Source: the human T2T-CHM13v2.0 reference genome, Homo sapiens. Taken from it: a stretch of 64,000 nt of DNA. The notes beneath the pieces are model-generated. The model had not been told where the DNA came from. It saw only the letters and a list, made by a program, of their open reading frames with translations, and made no database searches. Location of the stretch: the NCBI RefSeq assembly GCF_009914755.1, contig NC_060927.1; one strand, 5' to 3'. The position numbers and the translations under genes are program-made. Positions 11,138 through 24,340 of the stretch are shown piece after piece (within the stretch, counting starts at the first letter, position 1; every line of letters starts with the position of its first letter).

Positions 11138-12439
11138 ACTTAGATCTTAATTTCCACATCTTTTAAGATGAAGACAGTGGATCTCAGAGAGGCTAAATCC
11201 AAGGTTGCAATCAAGTATGGGATTCTGCCATATGAAGCAGAAACCAGAGCTGACCTTTGAAGTTGATAGGGTTTTGTTTCTGCATGTTGAGTTCCAGGAG
11301 ATGGGAGTCCCCAGGCCATAGCCCTGGGATTCTGTCTCATTTACTATCAATGCATATCCACCCTTCAAGTCTACCTTTGGATTCTTTTTTTCTCTCCAAA
11401 TCTGCCAAATCTTAACCATCATAAACATTTAATTATTGAAAGTTGAAGGAAACTCTAGCTAATCCACATTCTGAACCCAAGACATCCCTGCATATTGCTA
11501 TGAATGTGAGTCAATTTTCCAGTGAGCTCCTGGATTGACTATGGAGCACAGTTCACGTTTTGACTCCTTAAACAGTAAGTCAGTGAGGGTGTACGGAAAC
11601 TCTTAGAGGAAAGAGAACTGGGATTATTACATTCCCAAAATATCTTGGAATTTTTAAACTTCAAAGTTGTATTGCAGTTCCAAGAGTAGCCTAACCTTTA
11701 CAAAGGTTACTTTGCAAATATATGCAAGATAAAGAATTCCCTGGAAGAATGTCCACCAGGATCCTAAGCCTACATTTATATTTAATTTATAATCACCCTG
11801 AAAAAAATGGGTTCCTCTTTCAAGGAGCTCGCATTACCCTTGGACTGACATTGTGCAAAGGAGTGACAGGTGCAATTTACGTGAATAATCACCATAATCA
11901 GCCACACTTAAGAACAAACCAGAGACGTGCTCTTCAGGGGGAGAAACTGCTGCATCACACAGTCAACTACTGCTCCCTCAAATGGTGCCCAGGCCACTGG
12001 CTGCTATTGACAATCAAATGCAGAAGACACAGGAGAAGTAATATGGCTGACTACTGTGATTCAAGTACTCTGGCCTGGGAGACCTGAGTTCTAGTCCCAA
12101 TATTGCCAAACTCATTGTATGGTCTGGAAGACTTTTTCTTCACTGGGCCTCAGTTTCCCCATTTTCAAGATTAGGTCATTGGTCTAGATGGAATAAAGGC
12201 TCCTCTTTATTCTCTTCCTAAAGCAAGAGGAATAAAGGATTCCTCTTTGGAGATGATGTCACTGGTAGCAGTAATATCTCACAGTAGGCATTTCATGAAT
12301 GAATGAATCAACAAATGAGTGGAGTTTTCCTGCAACTGCAATGCTGAGCTGCCTCTGCCATCTTATTTAATTCAAAACCAAGGATACCTTATTCTGGGGA
12401 ATAAATGATGTTTAGGTTTATGAAAACCATGCTATGGAC

Positions 12440-12647
12440 CAGGGATTGGTAAGATAGCAAAGGGCCAGACAGTAAATGTGCTAGGCTTTGCAGGTCTTAT
12501 GATCCTGTCACAGCTACTCAATTCTGCAATCGTGGCAGGAAAGCAGTCACAGACAATAAGTACATGAATGGGTGTGGCTGTGATCCAGTAAAACAAAAAC
12601 AGGAGGCAGGCTGGATTTGGCTGTGGGCTGCAGTCGGCTGGCTCCTG
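12440..12647 (+). mobile_element. MER58A (hAT-Charlie MITE)
   Basis: CAGGG...AAAGGGCCAGACAGTAAAT...GAATGGGTGTGGCTGTG...GGATTTGGC...CCTG. Degenerate TSD ctatggac/gtatggct. Confidence 0.85.
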
Positions 12648-14699
12648 GTATGGCTTGAAACGTCTGACCTGACATGTTCTCTCCATCTTGATCAGTCCCT
12701 GGTGCTCAGGGCCTGGAGAGCAGCACAGCAGCTTCCCAAGATATCTGCAATAATTATAGCCCCATCTCTCCCTCAGCTCATCTCCTATGGTTGGAGCCTA
12801 CAAAAATCTCCCTGCGAGAACCTCCTTTTCAGCTCAGGAACAAGTATCTCCAAGATTATTGGCATCAAAAGCCATACTTTCTCCATGCGTTAGGCTGGGG
12901 CCTCAAGAGCTGGGAAATCAGAAGGAAGAAATGGTTGGAAATAGAGCACCTGTGCACAGGAACTTGGCCCACCACTGTCACTTGCTCATCACTGGGAAAT
13001 CAAATCCAAGTGTTAAGTGTTACGAAGCCTAATTATTACAAGCAGCAGTCAGAGGTGGGGGTGGGCATCCCCCCTCCACCAGAACACCTTTCCATCTCAC
13101 ACAGGAGCACGGTTTGGATTCTAACAGGACTATGAAGGAATAATTTGATCGGGAGGTCATCGCACAGGGCTCCAGAGCCCAACTGACCTTTTGAAGTCTG
13201 CTCAGGGAACCTCATTATGTTGCATTTTGGAGTTGATCCCTTCTCTGATTTTTTTCCAAGTCTTTTTGCCCTTTCATTCCTTTGATGGTTAGATTTTTGC
13301 TTGATAGAGAGGCACAGGCTGAGGGGAGGGAGAGCCATGGAAGGAACCAGGAGGAAAGACTTGATTATTAAGTGAATGATCCACTCTAGGGGCCTTGGCC
13401 TGCTACTCCTTGGGCTTGACTTGCTGGCTAGGATGTCTTTAAGGAGCTGTAATTCTCCAGAAGGCAAGACTCCCATTGGTTACCAACACAATTTGGAATG
13501 AATTGATGCAACCCTCAAGTCACAAGCAGGAGCCCTTGCCAAAGCAAGCACAGTTTCCCTTCTTGTAAAGCAGTAATTGGGAGTAACTTCTAGGAAAAGG
13601 AAGCTGATCCTTCCCCATGACAAGCCACCCCTCCCTTGCCCCTGAACATTAATGTGTTTGCTCAGCCCACTGTCTGCCCCTGATGTGCATTTGTGTCCTT
13701 GCTGCCATTTTTCATGCTAATGACTCCTGACTTCCTGCTAGCAGAATGTCAGAGCACAGAGAAGTCCCCAAAGATTCCTGGTTCCCTTTTAAAAGATGAT
13801 GAAAGGTGACCTGGTGTATAACCACATGCACAAATCACAGATACTCACGATCTCATCAGGAAAGGAGGTCATTCTCCCTCTGATTTCAACCTGCTGATGG
13901 GAACCCTCAGCCAGGCCCAGGATTTCAGCTCAGCGATAGAAATGAATTCCCCTTCCTGGCTGCCTTTGTCGAATGGTTTGCCTTTCCCTGGGCCACCACT
14001 GGCAATGACAGGACATAATCCTCCTCTTCTCTCCTTCCCACCTCAACATATTTGAAGAGTTTTAAGGCACATAGCAAACCTGGTGAAGGGGCTCATCTCA
14101 CTTGCTTGAATGAAAGCCTTGGCAGTTTCGCAGTCATTAATCATGGCTGTAAAAAGACTGGCAAATAAAACTCAAGGAACTGTCCTCGGCTTCAGCCTTC
14201 CATGCTGATATTCCAGATTCAAGGCTGCTTTATACCAAGACTACGCAAATAGAGCTACACAAGATCTTTGGCTTGAGCTACATCACCCTTTTCATAGGAT
14301 TTCTGGATCTCCTTGGTGGCATAAAGATATCAAGGGCCATTTCAAAGTAACTCTGACTAGGAGAATTCCCTGCATGAATGGGAAGACCATAGAGCTGACT
14401 TCTAGTTCAGGCTAGACCTGCATCCTTGTCCCAGCTTTAACATGAACACAGAGGGTGACCTGGGTTGAGCTGCTCAACGTTTCACTGCCTTGATCAGAGC
14501 TCCCCAGCTATATAGGTCTCTTCCTCTGAATCTAAGGACCGACACAATATGATTGCTTTCATTTTATGATTACAAACAACACCAGCAACAGGGACTAAGC
14601 TGGGGCTTGTCATGGGGTACAAAACTCAGTGAGATTCATCCCTGCCCTCAAACAAACAAGCAAACAAACCTCTATGTCCAGTGATATCTCAAGTATGTA

Positions 14700-14920
14700 A
14701 TAATGATGACGATACTTTTTGAGCATGAACCAGGTGTCAAGTACAGTTTCTAAGGCTGTTTACATATATTAACGCACTCAATTCTCCCCAAGTCCCTTTT
14801 CAATACATACTCTTTTTATTCTCATTTAGAGATGAGAACACAGAGGACTGAACAGGTCAGGACCATTGTTCAGGGCCACAAAGTTATTAAGTGGTACAGC
14901 CAGGACCAAACCCAGCCTGG
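14700..14920 (-). mobile_element. MIR
   Basis: CTCATTTAGAGATGAGAACACAGAGG ... CAGGGCCACA reverse MIR core. Confidence 0.7.
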
Positions 14921-16339
14921 CCACTGGGCCCTAGTAAGCTGCACCCCCATCTCATGGACATAAAGGTACTATCAGGCTCCTTCTTTACTTGTGCTGTGTT
15001 CTCAGTTAATCGGTTCACTTTTACATTTATTCCAAAATATTTTAATAAACTCTTGGTAGAGCCTGACCCAAGGCTGGGTGCTGGGATGATAGCAGCAACT
15101 GAGAAAGACAAGGTCCCTGGCTCTCACAGGGCTTTCAACGGAACAGGAAAAAAACAAACAAACAAAAACTGCCTGAAACCCTTCTTCTCTGGTGAGGGCC
15201 CTTGGCCCCTAAAATCCTGGGGCATGAGTCAGAAAATGTCTTCCTAGCTGTCAGGACTGGCTAACCTGCAAAGACAGGGTCAACACTGGAAGGACCACAG
15301 GGTAAGGCCTCATTTTACCAAAATATGCTTCTCGCCTAAGGGATTTTCACAGGGTTAGCAAATCCTGTGTCCGTCAGGGGACAGAGTGAGATCTGGCAGG
15401 AGTGTCACAGATGGGAGAGGCCAGGCTGTGGCAGAGGCCTCCTGGCAACAGAGGCTGAGTCCAAGAAGGGCTCAGGGTGCTTGGGTGAGAGACGGGGCAG
15501 AGGGAGAAGAACATGACTAACCATTCTAACCAGGGCTCATGACCGTTCAAAGGTTCCCTCATCTCCCTCTGTGTCCGGAATGATACTGACAGTATTCACA
15601 CGAATCACCTTAGGAACCAACGTTTGCTGCATGCCCTGTACCAGGCTTGACACTAAGCACACAGCATGTCTTTTGGCATTTAATCCACACTACCTCCCTG
15701 TAAGGGGAGTGATCATAGTTCCATCCAAACCCCGAGTCCACTCCCTCAGGCAAAAGGAGCAAAGAAGCCAAAGAGTAGAAGACTGCCAAGAAGAGAGGAG
15801 GTGAGAAAGGAAGGTGATGGGGTGAGGGCAGTGGGTAGGAGACCCAGAGGCGGCTCAGGCCACTGGGGCTGGTGTGGAGAGATCAGGATGCCAGCAAACC
15901 AAACAGCAACACACGTGTGCTGCTCCTGGGGAGATGCTTCCATGGGAGTCTCAGACCCGCTCCTTGCTCTCCTGACTCTCACATGCCCGCACTTCACCCA
16001 GGACAGCTCTGCATTTTCTCCCTTCCAGATGCTGAGGTTCCTTATAACATTTCCTTCGAATTCAAGATTTCATATTATTTTGATGATGCAGAGACAGTGA
16101 AGCCCAGCGAGGGGCAGGTCACCCAGGGAGTGAGTGGTAGCGTGGCGAGCTGGATAAGAATGCAGCCCCTACAATTGGACAGGTCAGGATGGAATCCCAG
16201 CTTGGCCACTTACTGGTCATGTGCCTTGGGCAAGCGACATCCTCTCCGAAAGCCCAGCTTCATCCTCAGGAAAAGGATAACAGGAACTCCACACTGGATG
16301 GATGTGAAGATGTGATGAGATCCTGTACTGAAGAACTTA

Positions 16340-17051
<712 letters not shown>

Positions 17052-17914
17052 TCATTTCAAAACCAGGACCCAAACAGAACAGTGATGGCCCCCATGGTTT
17101 TGAGAGGAAATGGCTGAGCATCATGGTCAATGGAAGACATAACGGTGAAGAGGCAGCATCTGCACAAAGAATCCAGTGGCTGAAGTCTAGCAGCTGAAAC
17201 AGCCAGGGACACAAGTCACTCGACCATCAACCATCAGTCACTGTGGCCATTTCCACCAGGGTTCCTGCTGTGGCCATGACTCATCCCAGGTGTATCCAGG
17301 ATGTAGTATTTCATGGTGTGTGAGTTCAGTATGTTATTTCAGTGGCTCAGAGCTTCATTTCCCAACCAGCTTTCCAAGTGGGGCTGAAACATGTTCCCCT
17401 TCATCTTGCCTGACTTGTAGTTTCTTCAGCTCCTCTTCTAAGTGACAGGAGAAATATCCTCTGGAATATTGGAAAGCAGGAAACTACTGTACAAAAATAA
17501 ATGGGTACCTTAAGCCAACTTGCTGGAATTCCACTGCATGACTGCCTTCCAAATTCAACTAAGGCCCAGAGCTTGTGTGAGTGCCAGCAGGTCCAGGAAT
17601 ATTATTTTTAGAGAGAAAGGCTGTGGGTGGGTTTTGGGGAGAGAAGGTGGAAGTCTATTCTAAGCCACAATTGAGGGGTGTTGCCAGAGCAAAAGATTTA
17701 TACCCAGGAGACAAATGTTTGGAGAAACTGAGGTTCTGATGACTGGTGTGAGCCACCGGCAGCAGATAACAGTGGAAAAGGTGGGAGTAAAATAGAGGTA
17801 AGGCTCACACCCATGAATGGGGCTGTCTGTACCCTCTTCCTAAAGCATGACCTGTGAAAGGGGCTAGGACCATCTCCCCCATCCTATGTGGACCTTCTTC
17901 CATTCCTTATATTA

Positions 17915-18238
<324 letters not shown>

Positions 18239-18244
18239 ATAGTT

Positions 18245-18730
18245 TTAAGTCTCAAATTCTAATCCCATTGTCTCTGATGTGCCCAGAGTAAACTTTCTAA
18301 AACATACAAATTGGCATAAGTCCCTTTGGTAGCTCCTTACTGTTCTAAGGAAATACCCACAAGACCAAGTCACCTCCTTAAGCTTCTTCCATCTTCCCAG
18401 CTGCCTCCACTCTCTGATTTAGCTTTCTCCTGTCCTCCTTCACTGGACAAACTCAAACTCACTGTCCAGACCTCAGGTTAGACAACACTGCCTCTGGGAA
18501 GCCCTCCCTGAGCCCTGGTCTGAGTTAGATGATTGTTGCCCTTGCTTCCAAGGCCCCGTACCTCCCCAACCCTGAGACTTCCCAGACGTAGCTGTGCGGT
18601 CCTCCCAGCTGGGCTGTGAGCTCCATGGAGACAGGGATCCTGCCTACTCGGTCTGCCACTGTGGCCCTAGCACTGTGCCTGATACAGAGTATGTGCCCAA
18701 TAAGCACATATTGTATTGATTGGCTGAGCT
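18245..18730 (+). mobile_element. L2 remnant
   Basis: CTCTGGGAAGCCCTCCCTGA ... CTGTGAGCTCCATGGAGACAGGG ... CCTAGCACTGTGCCTGATAC. Confidence 0.65.
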
Positions 18731-20875
18731 GACTTGATGCAGGGCCTGGAGTAAGGTCTTGCAGGACCCAAGTTTGTTAGTCTCTGTCAAAGGAGTTGAA
18801 GTCATAAATTGAGAAATTGTGAAACATAAAAATTGAAACTTATTTAAAGAGTTTCGTAGTAATAAATCTGAACTTCCTGGCCCCTGCTAAGGGGCTACAC
18901 TAAACAAACGGGTGTGGGAAATAACTGAAGGGTAGGAGCCCCTACCATCTTACTCAGATATCAAGACAACCTACCAGAAGTGGGGCAAACCCTAGATCAC
19001 TCTCAGAATGCTGATGGCCTCCCAGCCCCCTCGGCCCAGTGCCTCAACCCCGTCCTACAGGAAGGGACTGTGAAACCTCAAGCTTTTGCCTTGAAATTAG
19101 AGGCATCTAAACCTGTCACCTAAGAACTTTCGCCACATATAATTATTGACCTGAGACATCAGTCACATTAAAAAATTCAATGCTGACAGAGGGCAAAAGA
19201 AAAGCGTCTAGAATATCAAAAGGTAAAGGGTCCAGATTAAAAAGAGAGATGCAAGGAGGGCTTTTCCCAAGTCACAGCCTTTAATTGACTCCAGTCTCTG
19301 CTGAACACCTTGGCGTCCTTTGCCAGCATGCTGGGAGGCCGCATGGGCTCCACCGACACCGGTAACTCACTGCAGACCAGCGGGGCTGGCCGGCCACATT
19401 TCCACAAGAAGTCTCCCCTCACAGCCATGCTGGGTGCCACAAGCAATCAATGTCTGCAAATGACAAGTTTGCTGAAAGAACAGTCTTAGAAACCAGGATA
19501 GGTTTGGAGCATAGAGGTGGAAGACGATGGTTTCCCCCCCTGAAGTGACAGACTCCAGAAAAGCATCTAGAATATCAAAGGGTGAGATACCAGGCCTGAG
19601 ACTTAACGAAGTCTGGTCCAAAGGGAGGCTGGCTGGTGTTTTTCATTCAAAGGTCAGTTGAGTAAATGTTATAGTCAGCTAGCTGATTTCTTTGGATCCT
19701 AGCTTACCCATCTGTGAAGTGATTCTAGAAAAATGATCGGTGTCTCTGCTCCCCGACTCGCACTTTAGAGCAGAGGCATACTTTTAAATTAAAAAGCTCT
19801 CCCCGCTTACAAAGGCTGCATACTCTGGGTCAACCTCTAGTTTAGTACAAATGCAGCTTTCCACTCTTTCAGATACAAAGAAATCATAAGCTGTCTTGGA
19901 AGGAAATTAAAAAGACAAACCAGGGTAATTCTTGTAGAGAGCCTTAGAAACCAAAGTCCTGCTTACTCTGCATGGAGGACACAGGTCATGAGGACACATT
20001 TCAACATCTTTCCCTTTTGAAAAAAGTTTCATTAGCATCTTAGTTTTCTGCAAAGAAGTCCAAAAATGGACCAAAGGGCTTCTGAACCACAAATGAAGGC
20101 TGTGCCTATTACTCTATTAGAACACTGCATCCCCTTCCCCCAATTGCGGACGAGCCCACCACCCTCCAATTGTCTCTCTGGTAGGTGTGTGGGAGGCGGT
20201 GGGGAGGAGATTGTATGATCAGCATGTCAAATCCTTTGAGGTCATTTAGGATAAAACTGGTATCAAAAGGAATGTCAAGCAGAGAAATCTAAATAATTAA
20301 AATCTGTTAGTAGCTATAGACCATCATCTCTTCCTGTTTGGGGTTTTTGTCCCTGGCCTTTTCTTTTTATCTGAATTTCACATCAACCCGTGAGATTTTG
20401 CTGGGCAAAACCAGCTTTCCTCCAGTTGCTGGGCTGTGCTTATTAAATGTGGATGAATGTCAATGTCACCCATCTCATTAATAATTGATTTCCAGCCCTG
20501 TCTCTATTTGCAGAGCAGAAGCCACTTACAGAGTCTATTATTCCAACTCTGTGTGTGGGTCACAGGGCCAAAGGGGTTCCACCAGGGGTAACCTTTGTTG
20601 GCAGCAATCACCATGACAACACCACACATCTCCAGCCTCAACTCGGATGCCGAGAAGGTGCTGAGTCCTGTCCCACACTGGGGACTGGGTTGGAGTTTGC
20701 TGCGCTAAATGGCTGTGTGAGCAAAGCTGCTGGCAAAATGGGATTTTTCCATTTTAATTTTTAGTCTTTGTTGAACGGCATTGCGTGCTTTAACGAACGC
20801 TTTTGGAAACCACCATGGAAAAGGGCATTTTTGGATTCACAAAACAAAACCCTGTTTTTCTTTCTGTCTCCTCAG

Positions 20876-20893
20876 GCAAAAAATAAAGACAAG
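20876..20893 (+). other. Candidate 18-nt microexon (phase 0 reads AKNKDK)
   Basis: ccctgtttttctttctgtctcctcag | GCAAAAAATAAAGACAAG | gtaaat. Motif only; no transcript evidence or host gene. Confidence 0.25.
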
Positions 20894-21493
20894 GTAAATC
20901 CCTCTCTGGCTGCTTTTAGGTCATTTTAAGTCAATGAAACCTATATAATCCCGGAATAACCGATTGTTTCTTTTCCACCCGACCAAAGACTGCAAGCTTA
21001 GATGGGAAGAATTACTGTTTTGCTTTTAACCGCCTATTAATATTTTGTCCTACCAGCCACGCTTCCTCTATCCCTCTATCCCTTCTTTGAAGATTTCCCC
21101 CCATTAAATTAATGTTTAACAATTAAATGAAGCCAACGGAGAGTTTTGAAAGATCCACACAATTGTGGATTGGGTGGGCGTACAGAGCCTTTAATTTAAG
21201 TGGGAAATGTTTCCCAAATTATGGCCTGAGACCTCACAGCTAATTACATAATTTTCTGCATCTGAAAAAACATAAGCTGAGAAAATACAAACAGAATCAC
21301 ACTGATAATAAGAGAGAAAAACCTGGAAGTGGGTCCATTCATTATTTTAGAAAACAGAGCTACTAGGCATGAAAGAAGCACAATGTTAGAGTATATTAAC
21401 GAAGGGTGCATAAAAGCCCAATGCTGGAACTTCGCATGGCTTCAGAGATCATCTGCCCCATGTTCATCAGGTTGAGGCTGGACACTGAATTGA

Positions 21494-21932
<439 letters not shown>

Positions 21933-24159
21933 CTAAGACACATTTTCACACTGAAAGCTCTAAGTCCTGCAATAAAAACAATATATTTAATGTTGTTTAG
22001 CCCAGAATTGGCCAAATGTTTGTGATTATAGATTTTTTAAAAGAATACTTATTTCAGTAATGTTTATTAAAATAATAAAAATATTTTAAATGCTCATTGT
22101 AAATAATACTAATTTAATATATCCTGTGGGGATTTTTTTTTTTTTTTTGTAAACTTTTTACAGTTCTATGGAACCAGTGTTTATCAGAATATATTTGGGA
22201 AATGCCAACTGGATCCCATGCCTTATAAACAAAGATACTGAGGCCTAGAGAGGAAAGGATTTGTTCAGGATCCCAAGGGCATCTTAGGGAGTTCTTGGGA
22301 GATAAGGATCCTGGATCGCTGCATTTCCAGGCTAATGCCTGTGGATTAAACCTCATTTATGCCCTACCTGAGGTTATATCCTACCTGACAATACAGACTA
22401 GATGCTCTTTAAGATCAGGATAAGTCAATGTGCCATTCTGTGACATCTTTAAAAGACTGTGATTTTTAAGGGAGAAAACAGAATGCACTTGGGGAACTGG
22501 GGAGCAAGTTCATCAGAATAGGTGCCCACTGAGAATTCACATAGATCATTTCACACCTTACTCTTCTACTTTGGGCAACAACTTGTTGTGGTGAGAATGT
22601 TCCAGACTGAGAACTAGGGGACTAAGCCAGTATTATTTAAGGCTGATCTTTTCTGCAAAGTATGGATGCTGAGATGGCTAGGGAATAGAGGTAAGAAATG
22701 GTCTATGCTCATTTGGGAGAAGAAAATCCAAGATTTAATGAAAGCTCAGCCACTGAGTTGCTCTCTGAGCTCAGGATGGTGCCTTCTTGTCCGGGATCTT
22801 AGTCTCCCCATCTGTAAAACGAAGGAGGTGAACCAGAGTATTTTGGAGGCCCCTCCCAGCTTTAACGTTCTTTATCCCACTCTCCTGGGAGTGACACTCA
22901 AAGCCACATTCACACAATGACTGTACCATGAATAGCTGCTTTTAAAGTCAAAATTCTCTTATCTGGGAAAGAAATGTCTTTGTTCCTTTCAAGAGCAAGG
23001 TCAGTTCGGACCGGCACCCCACAGACCAAATGCTTATGCAAAGCTTATGCCATTTCTGGGAGGCACCTAGGGCAGTCCTGGAAGGGTTGGCTGTTCCTTA
23101 CTTCCCAGTCACTGCAAGACCCTCAGATAACAGCTTCTCTTATTATAGTCTGGCTCCCACTCCCTATGAAGAAAGTGAGAGGTGCAGATGTGCAGGAGCC
23201 AACAAGTATATATATAAACATCAAAGTTTTCTTTGGAAGGGAATTTCAGAAACTCAAGAAAAGTCAGATCCAAACTTTGGGTTCAGCTCAGGTCTTCCTC
23301 CTTAACAAAAGCCCCATTCCTGAAATGCTATCTGAGAAAAAACAATTTCATTCAGGACATCAAGCCGTGAAGTCATCAAGTCTTGAAAAACATCAACCTC
23401 CCAGACCACCATCTGTTATGCAAGCTACATGCAATGTACAAGGTTGCTAATTTTTTTGGCCAGAACTTCAAATTCCATGCTTTTAAAAATTAAGATGACA
23501 AACAACTTGGTTTTACAAAGACGCTGAAACAGCCAAAAACAGTCTGGCTCCCCCTTAGGTCCCAGAAAAGCCACAGCTTTGATGAAAGGCCTTAGGTTGT
23601 CAAATCACGCCATTGGTGCTCGCTGGGGTTTAGACCCCGTAGCCTACATGACAAGAGCCCTGGTGGTAGGGTTGACTTTCCATTGTAAATAAAAGCCATT
23701 GGCTTTCCATTGCAAATAAATGCTAGGAATGGTCATTCCCATTCTTGGCTCTTATCTGGCTTGTGCATCTGACTATCTCTGACTATCTCTGGTAGGGAAA
23801 GTTCATGGGAAGGTTTAACAATTCATCAAGAGCAGCTTTCACAATCTTTATGTTGTCTTCTCCAACATAAAAATTGGCCATTCCTAAGCACATACTATAC
23901 ACAGAATCCAAAAATTGTGAGGCTAAGTGTCTACACAAAATGGATTGTCTAGAAAGCCAGGCGAGGACTGTCATGAGACTCCAGATAGTAATCCAAGCAG
24001 GAATGTTTTGCCCTGGTTAGTTTTACAAACGTTGAATATAGACAGGTCAATGTGTTAATATGCCAAGTCAATGTTTTTTGAACCAATTCAGCCAAAAACA
24101 TATTAAGGCAAGTTGCTAGACTTGAAAGAGTCTTAAGAATTTTCACAATTTTTGCCAAA

Positions 24160-24340
24160 CTACCCCTTATTGAGCATTTTCCAAGCGCTGTGAAAAGCAA
24201 TGACATATAGCATCTTTAATCTTCATAGTAATTCTGCAGAGTTGACGTTTTAAACCCATTTTACTGTTGAGAAAATTGAGACAGAAAATCTAAGAATCTA
24301 TCTAAGATCGCAGGATTTATATAGGATGAAGCCAGGAACC
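24160..24340 (-). mobile_element. MIR
   Basis: TTATTGAGCATTT ... CCCATTTTACTGTTGAGAAAATTGAGACAG. Confidence 0.7.

Noticed and set aside
21200-21217. Paired RBPJ site (SPS)
   Set aside because: The spacer is far shorter than the 15-17 bp needed for Notch dimer sites.
23783-23974. 63-aa minus-strand ORF with a helical-looking peptide (DNIKIVKAALDELLNLP)
   Set aside because: No family recognised and no flanking splice sites; too short to distinguish from chance without a search.
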